Assembly (NCBI GenBank): GCA_049472335.1
Contig: JBLIRO010000013.1
Coordinates: forward strand, 10,598 to 74,597
DNA length: 64,000 nt
Source of the DNA: a bacterium
GTDB lineage: Bacteria > SZUA-182 > DTGQ01 > JAFGSM01
Reading direction: 5' to 3'
The first letter of the stretch is position 1. Each line of letters opens with the position of its first letter. Both the position numbers and the translations under genes were made by a program. The notes beneath the pieces were generated by a model. The model saw only the letters and a program-made list of their open reading frames with translations. It did no database searches and was not told the origin of the DNA. This document shows positions 11,322-21,436 of this stretch, one piece after another.

Positions 11322-12259
11322 TTTTATAAACTCCCTTAACTATTTCAGATAGCTGCTTATTTCTTATATTTAGTATTTAATCCTTTTGTCGTCAAAATAT
11401 AAACCTCTTGTAAGAAAGTATCATTTTTAAGATATTATTATATACAAATTTTTATGCCAGCTTTAAATTAAGCTCTTGTATAGTAATAGAGCAAAGGATC
11501 TTGTTGTAACCGGAATTACAGTCAGCGGAGTAATTATCTGCTGTATCTATTATTTTAAGAAAAGGCCATGTTAAGGTACGTGAAGGACCGCATTAAGATT
11601 AAGATTCAAGAAGGACTCTGTTAGATTGAATAAGATGCATCTCTGAAGGAGGTTTGAATCAAGTGGATAAAGATAAAAATCCTTGTCAATATAGGCATCA
11701 CCTCCCTAAATAAATAATATTTCAGGTTTAACCAATAGAGTATGAAAAAAATATTTTTATTGTATAGTGTCGAATTAGTTGTAAGAAAAATTTTTATGTT
11801 AGTAAATATTCTATCACCCTTTCAGCTTTTGTCAATATACTCGAAATCCAAGATAAAATTGAAATCCCTTTAACTTTAAGAGTTTCTGATGAGAACCGCT
11901 TTTGCATTAATAAGGATATTGATAAAAACATAACTTATTGATAGAATTTTTTCATAAAGGTGTATGTCCCCGTATCGTCCTTTTTGATATATACATGAAA
12001 AACAGGTCAGGCATTGAGAACAACAAATTCTTGTTTGGAAAACCCCTTTACTTTTCCGGATAGATTGCGATATAGATCCGAAGATCGGTAACATAACAAT
12101 GAAGATATTGGCAAAGAAGCTAATCAGGACTTGAAAATTAAGGCAGTGTAATGTCTGATGACAAGTTAGGATATGTTTACCTAATGGGCTGTAAAACTTG
12201 TATGGCAACAGTACGCCGGCTTATTTAATTTTAAAAACAGTTAGGAGGGGGTGTAATCG

Positions 12260-12703
12260 ATGAAAAAGAGAATATGGATTACCTTTTTTGTCCTTTTAGG
12301 AACAGTTTTATTGATAGGGGTTATTTTTAATGATAATGTTATAGCTGAAGATGAGAATAATTTCAGCTACAGTTTTGACTTTTATAACCTCGGTAGTGCT
12401 TTTGAATATTCCAGACAGAGTTCCTTGCTTTACCCATATGGTTTTGGGAGCTATAGCCTAAGGGGTTATCCAATGCAAAACTATGTTCTGGCCAATTACA
12501 GTTCAAATCCTTATAGTTTGGGAAGCTACCTCTATCGTTTTTTCGGTGGGGGATATCCCATGCAAAATTATGTTCTTGCCAACTATAGTCCAAATGCTTA
12601 TAGTCCGGGAAGCTACCTCTATCGTTATATCGGTGGGGGATATCCCATGCAAAATTATGTTTTAGCAAATTATGGTTTTGGTGGATTTGGAGGCTTTTAT
12701 TGA
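12260..12703 (+). CDS. Secreted Tyr/Gly/Ser/Asn-rich protein with 29-aa tandem repeats
   Basis: Signal peptide ending VIA; GYPMQNYVLANY x3; AGGAGG RBS. Confidence 0.8.
   Translation: MKKRIWITFFVLLGTVLLIGVIFNDNVIAEDENNFSYSFDFYNLGSAFEYSRQSSLLYPYGFGSYSLRGYPMQNYVLANYSSNPYSLGSYLYRFFGGGYPMQNYVLANYSPNAYSPGSYLYRYIGGGYPMQNYVLANYGFGGFGGFY
12464..12673 (+). repeat. 87-bp coding tandem repeat (about 2.4 units)
   Basis: Units start at 12464, 12551 and 12638; the 12-codon core differs only at synonymous positions. Confidence 0.9.
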
Positions 12704-12756
12704 TATTTAATATTGATCAAACCCTTTGTAAAAAATAGAACCGTCCCCTTTTTTAT

Positions 12757-14049
12757 TCAGAAACGCCGAAAGATCTGAATACGAAAATTTCCCGAATCAA
12801 CTACCAGAACTCTATCTTCGCTATCTACGGCTATGGCCTGGGGATTTTTGAATTGGCCTTGTCCGCTTCCCGTTTCTCCCCAACACTGAATATACTCGAC
12901 GTCATTGTTGTATTTAAATACCTTGTTTAGGGTGCTGTCGGTAACGTAAATAAAACCCTGGGTGTCAAAGCAAAGGTCAGAGGGGCCGGGAAGGGGTTGC
13001 CCATTTTTATCCTTTGGAATGTAAGCCTTGACAAAGTCTCCATTGAGATCGAATTTGATGAATTTGCTATTTTTGCTGTCTATTACCCATATTGCCCTGA
13101 ATCTGCTTGGGTCATAGGCCATCCTGGTAGGTCTTATAAAGCTGCCCGGACCTGAGCCGAATCCGCCCCACTCAAATTTGAACTCACCTTTGTAGTCAAA
13201 ACATTGAATCCTGGAATTTTTCGAATCAAGGACATAACAGTTATCAGATTCATCTACGGCAATATCTACAGGGTGATGAAATTCTCCCTTGCCTGATCCG
13301 AATTCTCCCCATAAAAGATCTTTATTAACCATATCAAACCATCTTTGATTGTCTTTAATCTCTTCACCCTCGGGATCGATCAATCTTCCATCTTTGTTAA
13401 ACTGAAGAATCCTGTTATTTTTTGTGTCTGCAACATAAATAACCGTTTGTCCTATTCTTTCTTTGTAATCCACATATAAGGCTTTGGGTTCATCCATACT
13501 GCTTGATTGCTTAAATGCTTCGTCATTTCCTAAAAGCAGACTCTCCCATTCTTCATCGAAATTGCCTTCGGAATCGAATGTTTGTATTTTGTCTGCCTCC
13601 ATATCACATATATAGATGTTATCATCCCGGTCAATACCAATGTCTATCGGGAGCCTAAAATAGCCATTTCCCAATCCATAACCACCGAAGGTTTTGTCGA
13701 ATTGATATTCATAATAGCCCAGGGGTCTCGGAATCTCATTGGGCAGCTTAGGCTTTTCAGGTGCTTGGTTTTGGCCTGGATATGTGTCTTCGATATCAGG
13801 CAAAGGAACAGGAAGAGAGTGGTCTGTATTTAAAAATGTATCTTTATCCTCAGGAAGAGGGCCAGGAATAGGTTTGTTTGTATCTTGATATGTATCCTCG
13901 TTCTGAGGAATTAGGGCAGGGACCGGCTCGTTGCTTTTTTTTTCTGCCATGCCTATACCTGGTGATGAAAACAGATGAAGAAACAGAAAACAAATGACAA
14001 GTGATATGAGAAGCGGCAGGAGCTTTAAAAAATTATGATCTGAAAACAT
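12757..14049 (-). CDS. NHL-repeat (6-bladed beta-propeller) exported protein with Pro-rich linker
   Basis: Repeated WG-x-x-GSG-x-G-x-F-x-x-P-x-x-IAVD units; N-terminal hydrophobic segment; start chosen at ATG 14049 to avoid overlap with the upstream gene. Confidence 0.85.
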   Translation of the reverse strand: MFSDHNFLKLLPLLISLVICFLFLHLFSSPGIGMAEKKSNEPVPALIPQNEDTYQDTNKPIPGPLPEDKDTFLNTDHSLPVPLPDIEDTYPGQNQAPEKPKLPNEIPRPLGYYEYQFDKTFGGYGLGNGYFRLPIDIGIDRDDNIYICDMEADKIQTFDSEGNFDEEWESLLLGNDEAFKQSSSMDEPKALYVDYKERIGQTVIYVADTKNNRILQFNKDGRLIDPEGEEIKDNQRWFDMVNKDLLWGEFGSGKGEFHHPVDIAVDESDNCYVLDSKNSRIQCFDYKGEFKFEWGGFGSGPGSFIRPTRMAYDPSRFRAIWVIDSKNSKFIKFDLNGDFVKAYIPKDKNGQPLPGPSDLCFDTQGFIYVTDSTLNKVFKYNNDVEYIQCWGETGSGQGQFKNPQAIAVDSEDRVLVVDSGNFRIQIFRRF

Positions 14050-14056
14050 TAGAAAC

Positions 14057-14788
14057 TCATCTCCGGTATTCGCTTTTTTCACCTTTTTTTTCAGAAGAGC
14101 CAAAAATACCCATTATTCCGCCTCCAGATTTTTGAGCACTTTCTCTCTTGCGCTGCTGGCGAGTAATCTCATAGGATAGTGTTGATACTATCTCCCATAC
14201 GACACCGCGTGCCAATTCCATGGGGCTTGGCCCCTGGCTTATCCCCAAAATACGGCTTAAGGAATTTGTCCCCATTTTAAAATTATTTGCTGTCCATAAG
14301 ATATTCCCGTTTTCAACTTCAATCATTCTGACACTTAATCCAACTTCGGCTCCGGATTCATTGCTTTTACCATACCCGTATTCAGTAAGAACTCCCAGAA
14401 TCAAATATTCCACACCTAATCTTTCCCCGATGGCCTTTATTGTTTCATTGTCCATAGAGTTTGGTTTTCTAATCCTGAGGCTCATCAATGCGGCATTAGC
14501 CTCGACGATATCCACAATATCCTTGAATATATGAGCACGGAATAATTCCGTGACGAAGATCTCTCTTACTTTTATGTCCGCGTCCGTATCCTTGCTAAGG
14601 TTTTCAAAGGGAAGGACACAAACGGACTTGTTTGGGGTCCAGGGACGATAAGTGACCACCTCCGGAACAACCACAGGTTTCGTAAAGAATGCAGTCCTGT
14701 TAGTGTTTGCGCATCCGGAGAAAATAAACAGGATAAAGGCAGTGGTTACAATAAAAAAGGTCATTAAACATCTTTCGGAATTTCCCAT
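14057..14788 (-). CDS. Outer-membrane lipoprotein, GNA1162/PelC/CsgG-like fold
   Basis: Lipobox FSGC; VCVLPFENLS, LGVEYLILGVLTEY, VRMIEVENGNILW. Confidence 0.7.
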   Translation of the reverse strand: MGNSERCLMTFFIVTTAFILFIFSGCANTNRTAFFTKPVVVPEVVTYRPWTPNKSVCVLPFENLSKDTDADIKVREIFVTELFRAHIFKDIVDIVEANAALMSLRIRKPNSMDNETIKAIGERLGVEYLILGVLTEYGYGKSNESGAEVGLSVRMIEVENGNILWTANNFKMGTNSLSRILGISQGPSPMELARGVVWEIVSTLSYEITRQQRKRESAQKSGGGIMGIFGSSEKKGEKSEYRR

Positions 14789-14931
14789 TCTCTAGTCCTC
14801 CTGTTAACAACAGCCTTATGAGTCTATGAATTCTGATTGTGACATTTTTCCAATTTTCGAGTTCGATTCTATCACTGGAAACTTTTGTATGTCAAGGTTA
14901 TCAAAGGTATTTAACATTGCCTTGTCTGAAA

Positions 14932-16779
14932 TTAAAAGACCGCTTTAAAACGAAGCGTAATAATATCTTCCATATCTTTCGGAGCCCGGAAGGTCTGGGT
15001 AAATTTATATTCCACTTCTAAAGTATAATCGGAAAAATCATATAATATCTTGGATTCAAAGGTTTCCGTATCGTTTTGTTCCTTTTTATCATCATATTTA
15101 TAGCTTGTGCTCCAGGTAAAAGGCGAAAACGACCAATCGAATTTAAAGGAGTATGACATCTCCTCACTCTTGCTTGGATTATCACCGCTAATCTTATAGT
15201 ACCTTCTTGTAACCTGGGAGGTAATAAACAGTGATTCATATGGTTGAAAATCCAATTCCAGAGAGCTGTCATTATTTATCTCAGTGCGGTTTTTTGAGGG
15301 AATGTCCTTATCTGTGAATCGGGTTTCAACCTCTTTCCTGCTTGTGTCATGAGAAAAATCAACTGTCCAGATGTCATGCAAACTGAGACTATAATCAAAA
15401 TTGAGCCTGTATTCATTTGTTACGTCTTTTGATGGTCCGTCATAAGTTATGTCCGATGTATCTTTTTTATTTGTCACTGAACGAATGTATTCAGGTCTTA
15501 ATGTAAGATTTTCCACCGGGCTAAATGACCATTTCCACATCAATCGTTCCTCTTCTGAAAATGGTTTTTCGTGTTTGTTTTCATTGACTCTTTTGAAATC
15601 CAGACTCTGATGACTTCGTAATAGATTGGGAAAGTCCGATCTCAAAGATGCTTCAAGAGTTGTTTTATCTATCTTTTCTCCCGGATCTGACCCTTTTGGC
15701 TCTTCAATTGACTCTTCATTAATCACCTTGACATTCAGTTGCATCCATTTTTTCGGGACAGCCCTGATATATCCATTGATTGTTCTTTTTTCAGTGTCAG
15801 TATATGTTATTTTATTATTGGAGTCGATGTCCTGCTCTTCTTCCGATTCTCTTCTTATCCATCCTCTAACTTCCAACCAGTCCGTAAGATCTTGTCTTAC
15901 GTCAAATTGCATGTCCTGATGACTTTTATCCTCTCCTGTTGCTCTTCGATCGGATTTGGTTTTATTTTCATATTCGAGGCTGATATTCGTTTTTTGAGTA
16001 GGCTTATAACTCAGCTTTCCTCTGAGGGTTTGCAGCAATTCATCTTGACTGACTGGTGAATTAGTATCCCGTTGTTTCTGATATAGTGTCTCCTGATATA
16101 GGGTCTCAACCTTGTAAGAGATTTCGACTTTGGTTGGAGCTCTGGTGGATAAAGTATGATTAAACTTTACTTCGCCATTCATATTTATATCGTCAATATC
16201 CGGTTGATCCTGATCAATATAGTCCGTATATTCATGTTTAAAGTCCAGTTTGATTCTTAATGTTTTTGAAGGCTTATATTGTGCTCCTAATGTAATCTTG
16301 TTTTTCTTTAATTGATTTTTGGTCTCATCATGGTCATAATCCACCTGCAATTCAGGTAGTTCTGAAGGCTGTATCAAAAGGTGTCCAAAGGCCCTTTGTT
16401 CGGTAGGTCTGTTTATATTCCAGGTTTCCTTGAATCCTGTCTTAAAGTCATATATCAAGGATTTTAACATCAATTCTATCTGCGGTTCTCTTGTTTCCGT
16501 ATCCTCTTCCCTGCTTTTATCCTCTCTTTTATAATCAAATTTGGCCTCCCCGGTCAGATTCGTCCACCGTGTAAGCTGATTGGAATATTTGACCGATAGA
16601 CGAGGGTTATACTCATGATCTTTGTCTCTCGAACCCATTTCTGTTGAATCTCTGAAGGTATATTTTGCGTCCAAAGTGGTTTTTACAGAGGCAGATTCCC
16701 CTGTAAGCGGAGGAAAAGCAAAGAATGCACACAAAATAAGCAGAGTGAGTATCAACAAGTAAATGTGTTTTCGATCCAT
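14932..16779 (-). CDS. Putative outer-membrane beta-barrel protein
   Basis: Signal peptide, many amphipathic alternating strands, C-terminal ITLRFKAVF ending in Phe. Confidence 0.7.
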   Translation of the reverse strand: MDRKHIYLLILTLLILCAFFAFPPLTGESASVKTTLDAKYTFRDSTEMGSRDKDHEYNPRLSVKYSNQLTRWTNLTGEAKFDYKREDKSREEDTETREPQIELMLKSLIYDFKTGFKETWNINRPTEQRAFGHLLIQPSELPELQVDYDHDETKNQLKKNKITLGAQYKPSKTLRIKLDFKHEYTDYIDQDQPDIDDINMNGEVKFNHTLSTRAPTKVEISYKVETLYQETLYQKQRDTNSPVSQDELLQTLRGKLSYKPTQKTNISLEYENKTKSDRRATGEDKSHQDMQFDVRQDLTDWLEVRGWIRRESEEEQDIDSNNKITYTDTEKRTINGYIRAVPKKWMQLNVKVINEESIEEPKGSDPGEKIDKTTLEASLRSDFPNLLRSHQSLDFKRVNENKHEKPFSEEERLMWKWSFSPVENLTLRPEYIRSVTNKKDTSDITYDGPSKDVTNEYRLNFDYSLSLHDIWTVDFSHDTSRKEVETRFTDKDIPSKNRTEINNDSSLELDFQPYESLFITSQVTRRYYKISGDNPSKSEEMSYSFKFDWSFSPFTWSTSYKYDDKKEQNDTETFESKILYDFSDYTLEVEYKFTQTFRAPKDMEDIITLRFKAVF

Positions 16780-16786
16780 ATCTCAT

Positions 16787-17632
16787 TCATGCATAACTGT
16801 GAAGACCACCTAACAGAAAACTAACACCAAAATATGTCATCAAGACAAATAAAAAACCCAGAATGGAGAGAATCGCCGTTCTCTTCCCACGCCATCCGGC
16901 TGTGAATCTGGCATGCAAGAAAGCAGCATACACAAACCAGGTAATCAGCGACCATGTCTCTTTTGGGTCCCAGCTCCAATAGCTGCCCCAGGCATAGTGT
17001 GCCCAGGCCGCACCTGTTATTATCCCCAGAGTTAAAAAGGGAAAACCAACAGCAACGGCCTTATATTCCAGGTCATCCAACATCTGGGAGCTGGGTAAGA
17101 GCGAAATAAAGCCTGTCTTTAAACCATTTTTTTCATGACCATGTTTAATCAGATACATTATGCTAAAACCGAATGCAATGGCAAATGCGGCATATCCGAA
17201 AAAACAGGTTACTACATGTATAAGTAGCCAGTTGCTTTGTAAAGCCGGCACTAGTGGCTCGATCTTATTAGGTATCAAATTAGGCATCACACTGGGGGCT
17301 GCCAAAACCAAAAAGGCTATGGGCATAACAAAAACCCCTATTACTTTTAAGCCATATTTTTTTTCAAAGATCAAATAAATAAGAACAATGGCCCATGAAA
17401 AGAAAACCATCGATGAATAAAGGTTAGTGAAAGGGGGTTGACCAATACCCAATTTATAGGAATAAAGGGTTCTAAATATAAGGGCAAGGGTATGGCACAA
17501 CAATCCCACGAGAGTTGTCCATGTTGCCAGTCTGGCAATAAGCTTATTCTTATCAATCAAATTGATAATGTATAGAAGAGAAGAGCCAAGATATATAATC
17601 ATGGCCAATCCAAAAAGTTTTTCATTATACAT
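16787..17632 (-). CDS. ccsA: System II cytochrome c biogenesis protein CcsA/ResC
   Basis: WWD domain WAHYAWGSYWSWDPKETWSLITW, PALQSNWLLIHV, GLHSYA. Confidence 0.95.
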   Translation of the reverse strand: MYNEKLFGLAMIIYLGSSLLYIINLIDKNKLIARLATWTTLVGLLCHTLALIFRTLYSYKLGIGQPPFTNLYSSMVFFSWAIVLIYLIFEKKYGLKVIGVFVMPIAFLVLAAPSVMPNLIPNKIEPLVPALQSNWLLIHVVTCFFGYAAFAIAFGFSIMYLIKHGHEKNGLKTGFISLLPSSQMLDDLEYKAVAVGFPFLTLGIITGAAWAHYAWGSYWSWDPKETWSLITWFVYAAFLHARFTAGWRGKRTAILSILGFLFVLMTYFGVSFLLGGLHSYA

Positions 17633-17704
17633 AAATTAAACCCCCAAAAAATATTGATAATGCTTTTTCAGCAATTTTAACGCTGGCTTAAAAACCTCTG
17701 CTTA

Positions 17705-19105
17705 TTAATTTTTTAACAATGCAAGCAGTTCCTGCCACACTTGGTTAAGTTTATTCTCGAAACCAATTTTGTTTTTATCCGCATGCCCGATAACTTGAAT
17801 AGTACAACCACGGTCGCTCGGGCTTAATCTTGCCCACACCCTTTGGTGGGATGAAAATAAAACCAGAATGACTCCGAGCATTAGTAAAATACATCCAATC
17901 CATACAATCCAGACTCCAGGATCTTTACCCACTTGAAGGCCGGTATACATCTTCCCTTTATAGTCCTTAAAAGTATATATATATTGGCCCTTTTTAATCA
18001 TATGAAAGTCAGGAAAAGAAAAACCCCAGACAAGAAAAGGTTCTTCCCCTTCTTTTGTTATCATAAGCTGCACTGCGGGATTTCTCATCTGGTCTGATTT
18101 GGAAAATACATGTCCATTAGAATCCATACCAAAGTCTGGTAAAAACCGTACAGCCTTGACCTGTCTTTTTTTCCCATCGACTCCGGTAAATTCGAAATTT
18201 CCTCCCGGACTTACCCGGAAATTCTGAACGGGCTTGTCAGATTTCGGGTCCATGGGTTTTACCTCAATGAGTAGTTCCCCGAACTGGGTGTCCTCTCCAT
18301 AACTTGATTGATATAATGTCATGCCCTTATAAGTTAAAGGCTGATTGACCTCGATGACCTTGCTCAACATCTCCTTCCCTTCATCCAGGATAGTGAGGTG
18401 GCTCCTGTAATCCTTAGGTCTCATAGTATTTGGATAATATTCTATTTCAAACTTATCACACCTGACTGTGAAATCCAGAGCATAAACCTTTTTTGAGCCA
18501 TATTCATAGAAATTATCGGCACTTGCGCCTTCTGTTATCTGTAAATAGCCTTTAACCCCTGTTGCGGCGCTAATTATTCCACCCAAAAGTATGATCAGGA
18601 TACTGATATGGGTAAGATAGAAAAAAAGCCATCCATTGCGGTTTTTTTCGGAAAAGAGGAAGGTATTGCCACTTATTTCCTCTTGCTGTAGTGATGCTCC
18701 TAATCCATTTTTTTTAAGCAGGGAGCAGAGTGCATCTTTACATTCGGTTAGAGGCCTATGAAATACCTTGCTATGAGACAGCCTGTATTTTTTTGCCATA
18801 TCATCGGTAAATCTTGATAGGGCTGAGCGAATTCGTTTCAGATCCCTCGGCAGTCTTCTTAGGGTACAAAACAGAATATTGACAGATAATAAGACCAATA
18901 GCAATATAAACCAGGGGGAGTGATATACATCAAAAAAACCAATAAATTTAAAAAATTTGTATAAACCCTCCCCATAATTTTGAATATAGAGGGCTGGATT
19001 TGCCTTTTGAGCTATTAAAGTCCCGATTATGGATGAAAAGGCCAAACATATCAGAAGAATTATGGCCAATTTGATAGAACTAAAAAATTTAACTATACGT
19101 TTCAT
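17705..19105 (-). CDS. resB: System II cytochrome c biogenesis protein CcsB/ResB
   Basis: DVYHSPWF, THISIL, IEVNQPL, YTGLQVGKDPG; adjacent to ccsA. Confidence 0.92.
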   Translation of the reverse strand: MKRIVKFFSSIKLAIILLICLAFSSIIGTLIAQKANPALYIQNYGEGLYKFFKFIGFFDVYHSPWFILLLVLLSVNILFCTLRRLPRDLKRIRSALSRFTDDMAKKYRLSHSKVFHRPLTECKDALCSLLKKNGLGASLQQEEISGNTFLFSEKNRNGWLFFYLTHISILIILLGGIISAATGVKGYLQITEGASADNFYEYGSKKVYALDFTVRCDKFEIEYYPNTMRPKDYRSHLTILDEGKEMLSKVIEVNQPLTYKGMTLYQSSYGEDTQFGELLIEVKPMDPKSDKPVQNFRVSPGGNFEFTGVDGKKRQVKAVRFLPDFGMDSNGHVFSKSDQMRNPAVQLMITKEGEEPFLVWGFSFPDFHMIKKGQYIYTFKDYKGKMYTGLQVGKDPGVWIVWIGCILLMLGVILVLFSSHQRVWARLSPSDRGCTIQVIGHADKNKIGFENKLNQVWQELLALLKN

Positions 19106-19196
19106 AGCTTTTTGAATTTCTCCGTTAAATGATTTTTAAAAATGTCAAGAGTATGTATCAGGCTTTTCTACCACAGATAAGGCTTATATGTCAATC

Positions 19197-19237
19197 AAGT
19201 GCCTAAAGTGCCTAAAGTGTCAAGTGCCTAAAGTTAA
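19197..19237 (+). repeat. AAGTGCCTA-unit intergenic repeat, copy 1
   Basis: AAGTGCCTAAAGTGCCTAAAGTGTCAAGTGCCTAAAGTTAA; 19205-19237 is the exact reverse complement of 22105-22137. Confidence 0.9.
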
Positions 19238-19245
19238 AAAAATTT

Positions 19246-20718
19246 TCAGGCACTATCTTTTTCTGTTTTTTCTTTCTCTGCAAGGTGAAGGAAGTTTTTT
19301 GCTATTTCAAACGCCTCTGCCTTTGTTTTTATTTTATCGCACAAAAATAATTGATTGATTGAACGTAAGGCCCTTCCCATAATAGGTCCGGGAGGAAACA
19401 GAAGCTTTTGTTTCAGGTCCTCCCCGGTAATCAAAGGCCCCTTTCTGTATTGCTTTTCCATTTTTTCCCTAAAAAGAAAAAGAGAATTGAGAAAATCCAG
19501 ATATTTTTCTATCATTTCTCTATTAGTCCAGGTAGAGAAAATGTCCGCAATTGAAAGCAATAACAAAGCCTGCCATGTTTCACCCAAATGGATAAATAGA
19601 TTTACCCTGGCCTTATCTGAAACCTTTTTTGCCAGTGAAAGCATCAGGGGCCTCATATGGTCCTGAACAAGTTTTATTGTAAGGTGAATCTCAGCTTTGC
19701 TAAAACGCAGGGCTTCCATCCTCGATTTAAGCACAATTCCCCCTGTCTGCTGGTGTCCATAAAAAATTACCTGACCCTTTTTACCAATGTCTTTAACCTT
19801 TGGTTTGCCGATATCATGGAAGATGGCAGCCATTTTAAGACAGTGTATTTGATTTTTGTATTTCTTTTTTACATATGAAACCATTTCATTCAGTCGAGGA
19901 TTGAGATGTTTGCCAGGTGTATTTAAAATTTCTTCAAGATAGAAAAGTGTAGTCCAGGAATGTTCCCAGAGCGTAGATTTGTGTTTTGAACCCTGATCGA
20001 GTCCATCCATTGGAATTATTTCAGGAAAGATCTGTCCAAGCAGTCCTGTCTCCTTCATCTTCCTGATATATATAGCTGCCTGGGAGGAGTTCATGATCTT
20101 GATCCATTCCTCGTGTATCCTTTCAGGCGCTACTTTTTTGATTAAACAAATATTCTCTGATATAAAATCCAGGGTTTTTTTGTTTATGATGAAACCAAAT
20201 TCCGAGCTGAACCTGAATGCCCTGCAAAGCCGGAGAGGATCATTTAGAAAATTCTCTTTGCTGATCATCCTGATAATCCCTTTTTGGGCATCATGTCTCC
20301 CATTAAAGGGATCTATCAATATGTCTGTGATAGATATATTTGGCTTTAGAATATCCGCACCCTTTATGGCCATGGCATTAATAGTAAAATCACGCTCCAA
20401 TAGATTCTGGAATAGGGGCTCTATTTTTTTTCGCAGGGTTACATCTATGGTTACGCCCGATTTTTTAAGGGCAAAACGATAGATCCCGCGTATTTTGTCT
20501 AGACAGATGAGAGTTGAAGGTATCCTTTTATGAAGAGAGGAAAGAAAATAATCGGGTCCGTATACAAGCAGGTCAATATCCAAAATGGGGCGATGAAGTA
20601 TAAGATTCCTTACCCATCCTCCAACTAAATAGACAAGGGATTTGCTTTCATCTGCTGCAAGAATTATATTTCTATAGATTTCATGGTCCAGATTCTCTGA
20701 AAGGTCAGGGGGCTTCAT
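19246..20718 (-). CDS. tRNA nucleotidyltransferase/poly(A) polymerase family protein with HD domain
   Basis: LVGGWVRN, DIDL, RDFTINAMA, DPLRLCRAFRF, FHDIGKP; ATG 20718 overlaps the tsaC stop (ATGA). Confidence 0.9.
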   Translation of the reverse strand: MKPPDLSENLDHEIYRNIILAADESKSLVYLVGGWVRNLILHRPILDIDLLVYGPDYFLSSLHKRIPSTLICLDKIRGIYRFALKKSGVTIDVTLRKKIEPLFQNLLERDFTINAMAIKGADILKPNISITDILIDPFNGRHDAQKGIIRMISKENFLNDPLRLCRAFRFSSEFGFIINKKTLDFISENICLIKKVAPERIHEEWIKIMNSSQAAIYIRKMKETGLLGQIFPEIIPMDGLDQGSKHKSTLWEHSWTTLFYLEEILNTPGKHLNPRLNEMVSYVKKKYKNQIHCLKMAAIFHDIGKPKVKDIGKKGQVIFYGHQQTGGIVLKSRMEALRFSKAEIHLTIKLVQDHMRPLMLSLAKKVSDKARVNLFIHLGETWQALLLLSIADIFSTWTNREMIEKYLDFLNSLFLFREKMEKQYRKGPLITGEDLKQKLLFPPGPIMGRALRSINQLFLCDKIKTKAEAFEIAKNFLHLAEKEKTEKDSA

Positions 20719-21380
20719 CTGCTTCTCCAATTCTCTTCGATCTTCAGAATCCTTTCTATACTTAAATCTCCCTCCCTTATGATCTGTATATGTCCCCCGG
20801 TTGCATCCACGATTGTGGAGCCGAGGGAAGGTTTAAGCTCTCCTGAGTCGATGATCAGATCCACCAATCCTCCAAGATCCTTTAAAGCTTCATCAGGGTG
20901 TGTAATCCCTCCCTTCCCGGAGAGATTCGCGCTTGTCGAGATAATGGCAGAATCGGTTTCCCTTGCCATGGCAGTGGCAATTGGGAATTTGGGCCATCTG
21001 AGGCCGATCTTTCCAGTTCCGGCAGTAAGTAATGAGGAAACTTTTTGAGAGCCTGGGAAGATAATGGTCAGAGGTCCGGGCCAGTAAAAATCCATCAACT
21101 TTACTGAAAGAGGAGGGATTTCGCTGACCCAGTCCTTTAAAACATCTCTATGATAAATGATTAAAGGTAAGGGTTTCCCCATGGAACGGCCTTTTACATT
21201 AAAAATCTTTTGAATGGATTTTATATTTGAGGGATCTCCTCCCAAGCCATAAAACGTATCGGTGGGGTAAACAACCAGGCCACCCTTTTTGATTATTTCC
21301 CCTGCCAGGGAGATTACATTCGGGTCCGGTGCCTCTGGTGAACATGGTATGGTCCGTGTAGAAACTAATTTGCCGTTCAA
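20715..21380 (-). CDS. tsaC: L-threonylcarbamoyladenylate synthase (TsaC/YrdC)
   Basis: YPTDTFYGL, KGR...KPL, WPGPLT, STSANLSG, STIVD. Confidence 0.93.
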   Translation of the reverse strand: MNGKLVSTRTIPCSPEAPDPNVISLAGEIIKKGGLVVYPTDTFYGLGGDPSNIKSIQKIFNVKGRSMGKPLPLIIYHRDVLKDWVSEIPPLSVKLMDFYWPGPLTIIFPGSQKVSSLLTAGTGKIGLRWPKFPIATAMARETDSAIISTSANLSGKGGITHPDEALKDLGGLVDLIIDSGELKPSLGSTIVDATGGHIQIIREGDLSIERILKIEENWRSR

Positions 21381-21436
21381 GATGGATTATCCCTTTGTCA
21401 TGAATAAAATCATTACACTATACATGAATGCAGCCA

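Noticed and set aside
11441..11460. Sigma-54-like TGGCAT...TTTGT upstream of the HAF-repeat gene
   Set aside because: Spacing is off by one and the -12 GC is missing
11876..12208. 110-aa minus-strand ORF, and a possible riboswitch upstream of 12260
   Set aside because: No coding signal, and no match to a riboswitch consensus I can recognise
12464..12673. Possible CRISPR array
   Set aside because: In-frame coding repeat with synonymous variation and similar 'spacers'; no cas genes
9389..12753. AAAAAGGGGACAGATC (9389-9404) versus the reverse complement of 12738-12753 (AAAAAGGGGACGGTTC), both just 3' of genes
   Set aside because: Only 16 bp with two mismatches and low complexity; may be a REP-like motif but cannot be supported from two copies
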